A stretch of 61,282 nt of DNA, filler included. It is 5 parts of 5 records of this genome, joined end to end, with 100 filler letters (N's around TTAATTAATTAA, not from the genome) between each part and the next. Parts side by side here need not be neighbours in the genome. Positions count along the whole stretch, not along the records: positions 28,871 to 44,800 come from SRR31156797_22202; 4 more parts are not named here. One strand, written 5' to 3'. Of this stretch, positions 29,352 to 39,283 are shown piece after piece (position 1 is the first letter of the stretch; each line of letters starts with the position of its first letter). Both the position numbers and the translations under genes were made by a program. Under the pieces are notes generated by a model. The model ran no database searches, had not been told where the DNA came from, and saw only the letters and a list, made by a program, of their open reading frames with translations.

Positions 29352-30195
29352 TTGTGCCATTGCTCACAGAATGAGGCCTTACGGGTTTACCACTAAAACG
29401 CAGAGATTTGACCACATTCATTATGGTGAAGAGGAGCAACATGAAACACCTTGATAAAATAGATAAAATCCTTTTGACAACCGTCGTTACTGATTCCAAC
29501 GACGCAATCACTGTTCAAAAGCTGGATGGCACCATTGTCTCGTGGAATAGAGGCGCTACAAAAATGTATGGTTATACTGCGGCCGAGGCCCTTGGTAAGA
29601 ACATTGATATGATCGTACAAGATGACGCTGACACGCAGATGGAATTTTGCGCTTTTATGCAGCGCCTTAAGATTGGCGATATCGTGGAATCATTTGAAAC
29701 AAAACGCGTCACAAAAAATGGAACAACCATAGATGTTTGGCTTACCGTGACTCGATTGAAAGACAGCAAAGGAGCTTTTAATTTATTTGCTACGACTGAA
29801 CGTGATATTACAGAAAAGAAACGGATGGCGAGAGAAAGAAAACAGACGATTGCCGACCTCCAAAAGGCTCTGGACGAAGCAAAAATCTTGAGAGGTCTTT
29901 TGCCTATTTGTGCCTCGTGCAAGGCCATAAGGGATGACAAAGGATATTGGCAACGAATCGAATCCTACTTCAAGGAACACTCTAAGTTAGAATTTAGTCA
30001 TGGTTTCTGCCCTGATTGTCTAAAAAAGCTTTATCCTGAACTATTTGAAGAGGCTGAGTCGTGATGAATAGCACAACAAGGCGTTGCACAACGGACTGGC
30101 CAAAAACGGCTGTGTTTTTGCGTTTTGCGGTTAACCGGCGCAGTCAGGTTTAACCCGTTTTCTGGTGATTCAACGGTCAACCGGTGAACGCCACG
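29352..30195 (+). mobile_element. Putative integron-type gene cassette carrying the PAS gene
   Basis: 5' core G|TTGTGC (29351-29357) is the exact complement of the attC R'' GCACAAC (30071-30077); one gene lies between them. Confidence 0.5.
29441..30064 (+). CDS. PAS-domain protein with a C-terminal CxxC...HxxCxxC domain
   Basis: DSNDAIT..IVSWNRGATKMYGYTAAEALGK PAS; LPICASCKAIRDDKGYW..FSHGFCPDC; GAGGAG RBS. Confidence 0.88.
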   Translation: MKHLDKIDKILLTTVVTDSNDAITVQKLDGTIVSWNRGATKMYGYTAAEALGKNIDMIVQDDADTQMEFCAFMQRLKIGDIVESFETKRVTKNGTTIDVWLTVTRLKDSKGAFNLFATTERDITEKKRMARERKQTIADLQKALDEAKILRGLLPICASCKAIRDDKGYWQRIESYFKEHSKLEFSHGFCPDCLKKLYPELFEEAES

Positions 30196-30201
30196 TTATT
30201 C
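30071..30201 (+). mobile_element. attC (59-be)-like recombination site
   Basis: GCACAAC-AAGGC-GTTGCAC ... GTGAAC-GCCAC-GTTATTC: arms complementary with one extrahelical G, inner stem, 6 bp after the stop codon. Confidence 0.72.
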
Positions 30202-30249
30202 TTCCAGACGACATGATTTTAAAAGAGGTTTTGTTGATACTTTTAAAGT

Positions 30250-30624
30250 CACCACTTCAATACACGGTTACGGAGACAAAGACAGTTCGAACAATGATTC
30301 GGTCGATGGACGTATCGTCGCCATCCAGGAGTACCAGGCCCGGCTGGCCGACACCCGAACGGATACAACCGGGTTGCCCCAAATCGTATTCAACGAAGGT
30401 ATCGGTGGAGATAAGGCAGAAGATGTGGAAAATCGAATTGATTCCATCATGGAGCGTCCTCCCGGCACCAACAAGGTGATGATGCCGACAACGGCCGTGT
30501 GACGTCCGATCAATTTCAAGCCAGTATCGAGGCTGTTGCTCAAAAGGCCGATGACAAGAATGGGAAGCGATTATGGCTCTCGAGAACCATGCCCACCTAT
30601 GTCGATAAAAAATTGTTGGCTTGA
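30250..30624 (+). pseudogene. Frameshifted remnant of an SGNH/GDSL hydrolase
   Basis: SIHGYGD..DGRIVAIQEYQARL..IVFNEGIGGDKAEDVENRIDSI in one frame, continuing as DADNGRVTSDQFQASIEAVAQKA..RLWLSRTMP in another; GDS and GTND blocks are lost. Confidence 0.55.
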
Positions 30625-30743
30625 CCGAAGCTGATCCTTATGACAAGAAGATTGCTTTCCGGTTACAAGATAACCGCATTTGGGAATCATGTTGAAAATA
30701 ATATAGATACAAACACAGCCGAACACGATATTTTACTGGAATT

Positions 30744-32480
30744 ATGGATTTTAATGCCAATGCCTCCGTCATGCGTGCCTTATCAGACCGCGTGACTGCC
30801 TTTGATACCAATGGCTATTTGCTCTACGGTAGTCAAGCCTCTATTTCTCGGTTGAATTTGGGTGTCGATTTGAACCTGGCAACCACCCATCCCAAGCAAT
30901 GGCCACATTTCGAAAATGTCATGTACAACCGCCACGGACGCATCGGTCTGCGTCTACTGATGGAAGACGATTGTGTCGTTTTGGATGCGTATCCTCTGTT
31001 GGCAAAAGAGACAAAAGGGGTTGTCTGCTGGCTACGCGCCCCCAATGACCGTGACGATCTCAAGGAGTTGAACGAACAACTCAAGGCCATTATCGACGCC
31101 TCCTTTGATGGTATTTGGCTGTGTGACCACAATGCCAATGTCCTTACCATCAGCAAGTCTTTCGAGCGCAACCACGGGATCAATGGAGATACGCTGATCG
31201 GCCGCAACATGCGCGATATAGTGGAGGAAGGTCTTCTCGATCGATCCGTCACCCTGGAGGTACTGGAAAAACGGAAGATGGTCACACGCTTTCAGCGCTC
31301 CTGGGACGGCCGCCAGATCCTGACCACTGGGAATCCGGTTTTCGACGAAAATGGCGACATTGTGATGGTTGTCTGCAATGACCGGGATTTGGGACATTTG
31401 GGACGGTTTCACGAAGAAATAATGGCCAAGAATGCTATTTCTGTCAGGTTCCAGGATCAACTAATCAACCAGCAAGTCGCCGAAATCACCCAACAGGATA
31501 TCATCTACCGTTCTTCTGCAATGCGGCGGTTAATAGACAAAGCAATCATGGCGGCCAATGCTGATTCAAACGTTTTGATTTCCGGACCTTCGGGATCCGG
31601 TAAAGAGAAGATTGCCGATTTAATCCACAAGAGTTCAGCGCGGTCTGAGCGCCCGATGATCCGGGTAAATTGCGGGGCTATTCCCGACAACCTGTTCGAA
31701 TCTGAATTTTTTGGGCATGATCCGGGTGCGTTCACCGGTGCCTGCAAAGAGGGAAAAGCCGGCCTCGTGGAACTGGCCCATCAAAGCACCCTTTTTCTGG
31801 ATGAAGTGGCCGAAATTCCAATTTTGGTCCAAGTCAAACTGCTTCGTTTCCTTGATGACGGCACCTTCTTTCGTGTGGGCTCGACCAAGGGCCGCAAGCT
31901 GGATGTGAGGGTTCTGGCTGCCACCAATCGTGATCTTGAAAAAATGGTCAGCCAAGGATTGTTCAGAGAAGATCTTTTTTACCGGCTACGCGTGATACCC
32001 CTGCGCATCGCCGGACTCCGGGACCGGCGTGAAGACATTCCTGCATTGATCAACCATTTTCTCACGCAGTTCAGTGAAAAATTCAACCGTCGGGTGACAC
32101 TTTCGATGGAGGCCATGGATGCACTTCAGGCCTATACGTTTCCCGGAAACGTGCGTGAATTGATCCATTTATGTGAACAGGTTGTCGTCATGTGTACCAG
32201 TGAAGTCATTCGTGCATCCGATTTGCCGGCATATATCAGAGAGGCTAAGGATGAGACGGCCCCCCAGGAATCAACGGGCCTGGCAGCCATTCAATCGATT
32301 GGGATTCGCAACTGGGATTTGAAACGACGTCTTTATGCGTACGAAAAGGGATTGCTCAGGGAAGCACTTGACCATTTCCCCAATCAAAAGACGCTGGCCG
32401 CGGCGTTGGGAATCGATCCTGCCACGGCGACCCGAAAGCTACAGAAATTCCGTCTGACGCGCGCCCGCAAAAATCGATGA
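30744..32480 (+). CDS. PAS-containing sigma54-dependent enhancer-binding protein with a TyrR-like HTH
   Basis: GPSGSGKE, ESEFFG..GAFTGA, LFLDEV, AATNRDL and FPGNVREL motifs. Confidence 0.95.
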   Translation: MDFNANASVMRALSDRVTAFDTNGYLLYGSQASISRLNLGVDLNLATTHPKQWPHFENVMYNRHGRIGLRLLMEDDCVVLDAYPLLAKETKGVVCWLRAPNDRDDLKELNEQLKAIIDASFDGIWLCDHNANVLTISKSFERNHGINGDTLIGRNMRDIVEEGLLDRSVTLEVLEKRKMVTRFQRSWDGRQILTTGNPVFDENGDIVMVVCNDRDLGHLGRFHEEIMAKNAISVRFQDQLINQQVAEITQQDIIYRSSAMRRLIDKAIMAANADSNVLISGPSGSGKEKIADLIHKSSARSERPMIRVNCGAIPDNLFESEFFGHDPGAFTGACKEGKAGLVELAHQSTLFLDEVAEIPILVQVKLLRFLDDGTFFRVGSTKGRKLDVRVLAATNRDLEKMVSQGLFREDLFYRLRVIPLRIAGLRDRREDIPALINHFLTQFSEKFNRRVTLSMEAMDALQAYTFPGNVRELIHLCEQVVVMCTSEVIRASDLPAYIREAKDETAPQESTGLAAIQSIGIRNWDLKRRLYAYEKGLLREALDHFPNQKTLAAALGIDPATATRKLQKFRLTRARKNR

Positions 32481-32603
32481 TGAACAGCGTAGCAATCATT
32501 TCGCTGGCGATGATGGTCGCAGAACCGATTCGCGAAACCACCGGCAACAATTCAGTTGCCATGACAAACCGAGCCTCCCTCCGGATTCATTGACCCGAAA
32601 AAA

Positions 32604-32641
32604 CAATTGCACAATTACAATTAATTGCTTTTTTGCAATTG
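32604..32641. promoter_or_regulatory. Putative enhancer (UAS) for the adjacent EBP
   Basis: CAATTGCA...TGCAATTG inverted repeat about 135-170 bp upstream of a sigma54-like promoter. Confidence 0.45.
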
Positions 32642-32774
32642 CATTTCCGCATTTACCTGCTTTGCTCCTGCTGCCATTCCAAATGGAATAGTCCACCACG
32701 ATAATTATTTTATTCTTTATTTTCAGGTTATTAAAATAAAATAAGGGCAATTCCCGCCCCCCTTCAGTCATCAT

Positions 32775-32790
32775 TGGCATGCTAATTGAT
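32775..32790 (+). promoter_or_regulatory. sigma54 -24/-12 promoter (variant -12 GA)
   Basis: TGGCATGCTAATTGAT = GG-N10-GA, downstream of an EBP gene. Confidence 0.6.
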
Positions 32791-32892
32791 TGAAACGCAT
32801 TTATGTATATTAATACAGCACAAACTACAATATTGTCGATTCATTTATTAACCTAAATTTGCAACAATTCAAAACAAATGAAGGAGGCTCTG

Positions 32893-34074
32893 ATGCAAAT
32901 CGGTGTTGTCGGCGCAGCCGGCAGAATGGCAGTAACGGTTTTACATGATCTTGCCGAATCCACTGATGTCGAGAAGGTCGTTCTGGTCGATCTCGAAGCC
33001 GTAGCGACAGAAATGAATCGCCGGGCTCAGGATATCGGCCAGGGTAAGTTTGTCATCGCCACCTGCGATGTGGATCATCACGAGGCCCTGCGATCGGCAA
33101 TCAGGGGGTGTGATGCGGTGGCCAATTGTTCCGGGCATCACCGTAACCTGCAGATTATGGAAGCCTGCCTGGCCGAAGGTTGCCACTATACGGACATGGG
33201 CGGATTGTTTCATTTCGCCCGCAAACAGATGCAGTTAAACAGCGCCTTCGAGGAACGGGGACTGACCGCCGTCCTGGGAATGGGAACCGCACCCGGGATG
33301 GTCAATGTCATGGGACGTTACGCCGTGGACATGCTGGAGGAGGTGCACGCCTTTCACATCCGGGACGGAATCGTCAATCTGTCTACCACCGATACTCCCC
33401 TTGCGGTTCCCTATAGCATGGAGACGATCCTCGACGAATTCATTCAACCCCCTTACGTCTTTACCGATGGGGACTGGGTCGCCATGCAACCGTTTTCCCT
33501 GCCGGAAGCCATCGATTTTCCACACCCTGTGGGAACCCAGACCGTTTTTGCAACCATCCATTCGGAGGTGGCGACCGTACCGGTTTCGTTTCGCGACAAA
33601 GGTTTAAAAGAGATGAGTTTCAAGCTCTCGCTGCCCAAGGTTTTTGAAGACAAACTCCGTTTTCTTACTGCCCTTGGGTTTGGCGGGGATGATCTCCTGA
33701 CAATTGGCGATCAGAAGGTTTCACCCAGGCAGGTACTGGTGGAAATGGTCAATAAGCTTCCTAAAACGACTGGCAAACCGGCTGATCACAAAGCACTGTT
33801 CGTGGATGTGAGCGGACGGAAGGACAACCGGGAGTACTTCATCCGAACGGAAATGATGTGCCATCCTTACGATCGCTGGAACGTGGGTGCGGGACCGTTT
33901 ACGGTCGGATTCCCCGTAGCACTTACGTTGCGGATGCTGGCCGCTGGGCTGATCACGCAGCGTGGTGCGCTGCCGCCGGAAGTATGTATTCCCCCGGAAC
34001 CCTTCTTCAAAGGGCTGGCCAAGAGGGGATTAACAGTGAAGGTTCATATCGAATACCCAGCTTTGGACAGTTGA
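32893..34074 (+). CDS. Saccharopine dehydrogenase / lysine 6-dehydrogenase-like NAD(P)-dependent oxidoreductase
   Basis: VVGAAGRMA, CHYTDMGG, GMGTAPGMVNV, TIHSEVAT and GALPPE motifs. Confidence 0.85.
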   Translation: MQIGVVGAAGRMAVTVLHDLAESTDVEKVVLVDLEAVATEMNRRAQDIGQGKFVIATCDVDHHEALRSAIRGCDAVANCSGHHRNLQIMEACLAEGCHYTDMGGLFHFARKQMQLNSAFEERGLTAVLGMGTAPGMVNVMGRYAVDMLEEVHAFHIRDGIVNLSTTDTPLAVPYSMETILDEFIQPPYVFTDGDWVAMQPFSLPEAIDFPHPVGTQTVFATIHSEVATVPVSFRDKGLKEMSFKLSLPKVFEDKLRFLTALGFGGDDLLTIGDQKVSPRQVLVEMVNKLPKTTGKPADHKALFVDVSGRKDNREYFIRTEMMCHPYDRWNVGAGPFTVGFPVALTLRMLAAGLITQRGALPPEVCIPPEPFFKGLAKRGLTVKVHIEYPALDS

Positions 34075-34183
34075 AGCAAGGTATGGGCATACCAACAATA
34101 GGAATCGAGGGCGTTGGGCACAACATGCGATCGGACTGGGTTGATTGCTCAACAATTAACTAATTAACAGAAAGGGATATGGC

Positions 34184-35413
34184 ATGACCGTTCTTAAAAT
34201 GACGACGATACGAATGGTGATCATTGTTTCATGTATGACCCTGCTGGCAGGGGGCAATCCAGCTGTTTTCGCTGCGGACACGAAAGCACCGGTTAAAATC
34301 GGGCTCCTTACCCCTCTCTCTCCGCCTGGTGACGCAGCGGCTGGAAAGCGCATCAGTTGGGGTGCCGAACTGGCGGCCAAATATATCAATGAAGAGATGG
34401 GAGGTGTTCTCTGTGGCCGACCTGTGGAACTGGTCATGGAAGATGATGCCGGCACACCAACCGATGGTATTGGGGGTTTTAGACGACTTGTGCAAAAAGA
34501 GAACGTTGCCGCTGTTGTCGGTCAATATCACAGCTCAGTGGCTATCGCGGTAACACAGCTTTCGAGAGAACTGAAAGTCCCTCTGTTTTCTACGGGCGCC
34601 TCATCTGCAAAAATCACCGAATCGGAAAGCCCGTATGTCTTCAGCAATATCTCGCTGACGATAGACATGACCGCATTTTGGATCGAAACGGCGAAAAAAA
34701 TGGGCTGGAAAAAAATTGCCATAATGGCCGAAGATTCTGATTATGGTACGGATCTCGCCGATTTAACGGAAAAATATGGGAAAGAAGCGGGGTTGGAGGT
34801 CAAAGCGATTATCTTTCCCAGAACCTCTACGGATCTTACCCCAATGCTGCTCAAGGTAAAGGCGTGGAATCCGGATGTTTTCATAAATGGCGGAGTTCCG
34901 CCAACGGCGTACCTGCTAACCAAGCAGGCGAGCGATATCGGCTTTTTCCCGAAGGTACCGATGATTGCGTCGTATAACTGGTGCACGTTGCCAGAGTACT
35001 GGGACACCGTCGGAGAAAACGGGAAGTATATCCTTTATACCACCTATTACAAAACCGGAATGCTTACGACTTTTCTGGGTGATTGGATGGTTTCAAATTA
35101 CCAAAAAATACACAAGGAGGACCCGACTTATTATGCTTTAAATGCATTCGGGCAGGTAATGATCGTCGCTCAGGCGATTAACATGGCACAATCCGCTGAT
35201 CCAGAAAAAGTGGCAACGGCCCTTGTTAAGTGGTCATATAAGGATTGGAGTGGAATCGTCGATTATAAAGATGTAAAAGGCGTGCGTTGGCACAGTGTGA
35301 CCCCACCTCATCTGATGTTTCAAATCACCGAGTTTGAACAGCCGTTTGAAGAGAACAAAATCGTTTGGCCGCCGAAATTCGGCGGGGATGGCAAACTCGC
35401 GTCTCCGAACTAA
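34184..35413 (+). CDS. Liv-type ABC transporter substrate-binding protein
   Basis: Signal peptide; VKIGLLTPLS, EDDAGTP, VVGQYHSS and EDSDYG motifs. Confidence 0.9.
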   Translation: MTVLKMTTIRMVIIVSCMTLLAGGNPAVFAADTKAPVKIGLLTPLSPPGDAAAGKRISWGAELAAKYINEEMGGVLCGRPVELVMEDDAGTPTDGIGGFRRLVQKENVAAVVGQYHSSVAIAVTQLSRELKVPLFSTGASSAKITESESPYVFSNISLTIDMTAFWIETAKKMGWKKIAIMAEDSDYGTDLADLTEKYGKEAGLEVKAIIFPRTSTDLTPMLLKVKAWNPDVFINGGVPPTAYLLTKQASDIGFFPKVPMIASYNWCTLPEYWDTVGENGKYILYTTYYKTGMLTTFLGDWMVSNYQKIHKEDPTYYALNAFGQVMIVAQAINMAQSADPEKVATALVKWSYKDWSGIVDYKDVKGVRWHSVTPPHLMFQITEFEQPFEENKIVWPPKFGGDGKLASPN

Positions 35414-35430
35414 ATCGACAAGCGGTACAA

Positions 35431-35454
35431 TTGGCCCTCGATCATGGGGGCCAA
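35431..35454 (+). terminator. Intercistronic stem-loop after the SBP gene
   Basis: TTGGCCCTC-GATCAT-GGGGGCCAA hairpin with no U-tract; more likely an mRNA stabiliser. Confidence 0.4.
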
Positions 35455-35509
35455 AATCATAATCCCGCAGCGATGAAAAGTTTAAACCAGCAGCTATAGG
35501 AGAAGTAAG

Positions 35510-36400
35510 ATCGAACTGCACCTTCTAAGTCAATACATTATTTCAGGCATAATCATCGGAATACTATATTGCCTGATGTCAATGGGAATCAATTTCATTT
35601 ATGGCATTATGAAAGTGATCAATTGGTCAATAGGCGAATTCTTCATGATTGGTGCATTCGTCCAATATTGGCTGCTTGCCTTTTGGCTTCCACCAACATA
35701 CTGGTTCATTGGGATTATCATATCCACCATGGTCGTCTTTGCACTGGGAGCCTTGGTTCAACATGTCCTGATCAAACCCATGTTTCAAGGAATTATTGAA
35801 ACCAAAATGGAGTATGCGACAATCGTTACCATTTCACTGTCTATATTTCTCAGGAACCTGGCAGTTGTGGTTGGAGGCCCCAAAATTTATTCGCCTCCCG
35901 ATTATGCGGGACCGACACAGCTATTGACGCTTCCAATTAGTGGGAACAGGCTTGTTGGGTTGATCGGTGCATTGCTGATTCTTTTCGCATTTTATGCCTT
36001 TATCAAGAAAACATGGACCGGACGAGCGTTTCGAGGCGTTGCTCAAAACCGCACCGGAATCCAAACGGCAGGAGTTAATGTGCCCAAGTATGACATGCTT
36101 GCGTTTGGAATAGGCACGGCTTTAGCAGGCGCCGGAGGGGCGCTGATGGCGCCTGTGTTTTTGGTCCATCCCCTTTGCGGAGTAGTGCCAACGATAAAAG
36201 GTTTTGAGGTTATCGTCATAGCAGGATTGGGATCCATTCCAGGGATACTCATTGCCAGCCTTCTTCTCGGACTTTCTGAAAGCATAGGTTCTGCGTTCTT
36301 TAATCCATCATATGTGGATATTTATGGATTCATACTTTTAATTATTGTCTTACTCATAAAGCCGCATGGTCTATTTGGCGTTGTTGAACGAAAAGTATAG
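35510..36400 (+). CDS. LivH-like permease, apparent ATC start
   Basis: Homologous N-terminus (SQYIISGIIIGILYCL) extends 22 codons upstream of the first ATG; AGGAG lies 7 nt before ATC. Confidence 0.85.
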   Translation: MELHLLSQYIISGIIIGILYCLMSMGINFIYGIMKVINWSIGEFFMIGAFVQYWLLAFWLPPTYWFIGIIISTMVVFALGALVQHVLIKPMFQGIIETKMEYATIVTISLSIFLRNLAVVVGGPKIYSPPDYAGPTQLLTLPISGNRLVGLIGALLILFAFYAFIKKTWTGRAFRGVAQNRTGIQTAGVNVPKYDMLAFGIGTALAGAGGALMAPVFLVHPLCGVVPTIKGFEVIVIAGLGSIPGILIASLLLGLSESIGSAFFNPSYVDIYGFILLIIVLLIKPHGLFGVVERKV

Positions 36401-36495
36401 AAAGATAAAAAAGGCCATCGAAATGGGTGAAAGTATCGCAAGAACGTAAGGATGTAGCAGCAATGAAAAGGAACCGACCTAATTTCACACCGTGA

Positions 36496-37470
36496 ATGGA
36501 TCATAAAATGGTAAACAGAAAAAGCAGCATTATTGTCATTGTTATTGCGGTACTTATCCCACTTATGGTTTCAGATTACTGGCTATATGTACTCACCATA
36601 GCAATGTTTTACTCCATAATGGCCAGCAGTTGGAATTTACTGGGAGGCTACACGGGACAATTTTCTTTAGGACACCATACGTTTGCATTGATAGGCGCCT
36701 ATGGTTCTTCACTTTTGATGATTCGAACCGGCGTCTCTTTTTGGATCAGCATTCCATCAGGCATACTTTTCGCGGCAATCATTAGTGTCATCCTTGGTGT
36801 TTTATGTTTGCGCGTTAACGGCTTATACTTAGCGTTGATAACGTGGGCATTTGCTGAAGTGGTTAGAAATTACATCAGGTTGGACTTTGAGTTCACGGGA
36901 GGCGACAGAGGCCTGCAGACGCCATTGCTGTTTGGCACAATGGATCCTCTCCCTTACTACTACCTTTTCCTTTCCCTTTCGGTATTTTCCTTCATCATAA
37001 TAGCGATAATAATGAAGAGCCGTTTAGGATATTATCTAAAGTCGATAAGAGAAGATGAGATCGCCGCAAAATCAATGGGTGTAAACGTTATTCGCTACAA
37101 AATTTTTGCCTTTATTATTGCAAGCGGTATTGCGGCAATGGCAGGTATTTTTTATGGTCATTCTATCGGTTTGATAAGTCCCAAAATAGGCAATTTCAAT
37201 GAGATGGCGATGATCATTATTTTTGTGGTAATCGGGGGAATGAGATCTCTAAGCGGACCGATCATGGGAGCCTTTGTCGTTCGTATATTAATGGAAGTAT
37301 TAAGAGATTTTTCCGAAATAAGAATCGTCATATTAAGTGCGATTGTTATCGTATTAATGAGATTCTACAATGGCGGATTAGTCGACCTTATTCACAAGGC
37401 AAAAAAAATCTATAGTAGAACGCGTACTGAACCTTCTCATGAATATGAAAAACCGGTTACAAGCGAGTAG
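36496..37470 (+). CDS. LivM-like permease
   Basis: WNLLGGYTGQFSLGH, GLYLALIT, SIREDEIAA and VIGGM motifs. Confidence 0.93.
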   Translation: MDHKMVNRKSSIIVIVIAVLIPLMVSDYWLYVLTIAMFYSIMASSWNLLGGYTGQFSLGHHTFALIGAYGSSLLMIRTGVSFWISIPSGILFAAIISVILGVLCLRVNGLYLALITWAFAEVVRNYIRLDFEFTGGDRGLQTPLLFGTMDPLPYYYLFLSLSVFSFIIIAIIMKSRLGYYLKSIREDEIAAKSMGVNVIRYKIFAFIIASGIAAMAGIFYGHSIGLISPKIGNFNEMAMIIIFVVIGGMRSLSGPIMGAFVVRILMEVLRDFSEIRIVILSAIVIVLMRFYNGGLVDLIHKAKKIYSRTRTEPSHEYEKPVTSE

Positions 37471-37606
37471 TAATAATCTAATAAGACATCTCCTAATTGA
37501 TCATTATTTGAATAGGTATCGATGCATAAACGTATCATCATTGTATGATTCTTTTCAGTTGACGTACAATTCAAAACACAGATGATGATCCATTCTGTTA
37601 AATAAA

Positions 37607-38338
37607 GTGAGAATGAATCGTATGAGTTTGCTTGAAATAAATAACGTCGTTAAAAGATTCGGAGGAATACGGGCCACCAACAATATCACGATGACTGTTG
37701 ATGAAGGTGAAGTGCGGGGGCTCATTGGACCCAACGGGTCCGGCAAAACCACTTTGATAAATCTGATTACGGGTATTTATCGTATAGATGCTGGGACGAT
37801 TTATTTCAATGGCCAACAAATTGATGGCCTGGCTCCCAATAAAATCGCGATAAAAGGGGTTATGCGAACGTTTCAGGTTGCAAGAATTTTTCGTGATATG
37901 ACAGTGTTAGAAAACATGTTGGTTCCTGGTTTTGTCAACAATCTATCAAAGCGAGAAGCTGAGGAGAAAGCAACCGAATTACTTGATTTTGCTTTGCTCA
38001 CAAGATTGAAAGACAAGCCCGCAAAAAACCTTTCAGGGGGGCAATCGATGTTACTTCAGATTGTTCGCGGATTTATGAATCAGGATTTAAAAATCTATGT
38101 CATGGACGAACCCTTTGCCGGTGTTCATCAATCCATTAAAGGTATCATCATTAAAGCAATTAAAAAGATGAACCGAGAAAAAGGGATTACATTTTTGATC
38201 GTTAGCCATGAGATGCAAACCGTTGACCATCTGTGCGACAAGGTTAGCGTCGTATGCAAAGGGGAACTTACAGCTGAAGGAACAATGAAAGAAATCGCAA
38301 ATAATCCCGAAGTTATCGATGCTTACTTAGGTGGATAG
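37607..38338 (+). CDS. LivG-like ATP-binding protein (exact start uncertain)
   Basis: GPNGSGKT, RTFQ, DEPFAG and EVIDAYLG motifs. Confidence 0.92.
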   Translation: MRMNRMSLLEINNVVKRFGGIRATNNITMTVDEGEVRGLIGPNGSGKTTLINLITGIYRIDAGTIYFNGQQIDGLAPNKIAIKGVMRTFQVARIFRDMTVLENMLVPGFVNNLSKREAEEKATELLDFALLTRLKDKPAKNLSGGQSMLLQIVRGFMNQDLKIYVMDEPFAGVHQSIKGIIIKAIKKMNREKGITFLIVSHEMQTVDHLCDKVSVVCKGELTAEGTMKEIANNPEVIDAYLGG

Positions 38339-38518
38339 TTGAACCTACAGGAAGTTCAACTTAAATTATGGTAAATCTTATATCCCACAACATGACCTGG
38401 TTACGCCATTTACATTTCGATAAAAAATATTTGCCTGTTGATAATTCCGGCAAGGGTTCGGTTCTATCCTAATACCGGCGGGAGAACCTTTTACCATCAA
38501 ATGCAGAGGTGATTTTAG

Positions 38519-39241
38519 ATGCTTGTTTTAGAGGATATTACTGCAGGCTATGTTGAAGAAATCGATATTCTACGGAACATACATTTTGAAATCGAGGAAG
38601 GCACAATCACTGGAATCATCGGTGCCAATGGGGCGGGAAAATCGACTTTATTAAAAACGATTTTTGGGTTTCTTCATCCCAGCCAAGGAAAAATTACTTT
38701 TCAGGGAGAAGAGATTCAAGGGAAAAAGCCACATCAGATGAAGAAGATGGGCATCAGCTACATGCTGCAAGAGTACAGCACTTTCCCTGAGTTGACTGTA
38801 GAGGAGAATCTTCTTCTGGGTGCATGGACATTCAGGAGCAACAAAAAACTCGTTAAGGGGAGGATAGACGAAATTTACGAGTTTTTTCCTGTTCTGGCAG
38901 AGAGAAAAAAAATGCTTGCTGGGTACCTAAGTGGCGGCCAGCTTAGGGCACTTTCGTTGGGAAAAGAGATATTGGTAAAACCGAAACTGTTATTGATTGA
39001 TGAACCTTCCGTAGGTCTTCAACCGAACATGGTTCATACCATTTATGAATTTCTTAAGCAAATTGTACTTCTAGGAACAACGATCACCATCGTCGATCAG
39101 AACATAATGAAAGCTCTCGAAATTTCAGATTATATATACATGTTGGACATGGGACGAATAAAAGACGGTGGCAAGAAAGAGATTTTTGAGCCCCAAATCC
39201 GTGAAATGATAAAATCGTCATTAATGGCCGATGAAGGATAA
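38519..39241 (+). CDS. LivF-like ATP-binding protein
   Basis: GANGAGKS, LSGGQ and IDEPSVGLQP motifs. Confidence 0.92.
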   Translation: MLVLEDITAGYVEEIDILRNIHFEIEEGTITGIIGANGAGKSTLLKTIFGFLHPSQGKITFQGEEIQGKKPHQMKKMGISYMLQEYSTFPELTVEENLLLGAWTFRSNKKLVKGRIDEIYEFFPVLAERKKMLAGYLSGGQLRALSLGKEILVKPKLLLIDEPSVGLQPNMVHTIYEFLKQIVLLGTTITIVDQNIMKALEISDYIYMLDMGRIKDGGKKEIFEPQIREMIKSSLMADEG

Positions 39242-39283
39242 TTATTTTTCCCATTCAAACAGATTGTAATTTTAAGGGAACCC

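Noticed and set aside
29337-29358. GGCACAAC-CACGGT-GTTGTGCC hairpin as a terminator or a complete attC
   Set aside because: It has no U-tract and is too short for L boxes; only its GTTGTGC core was used as a possible cassette boundary
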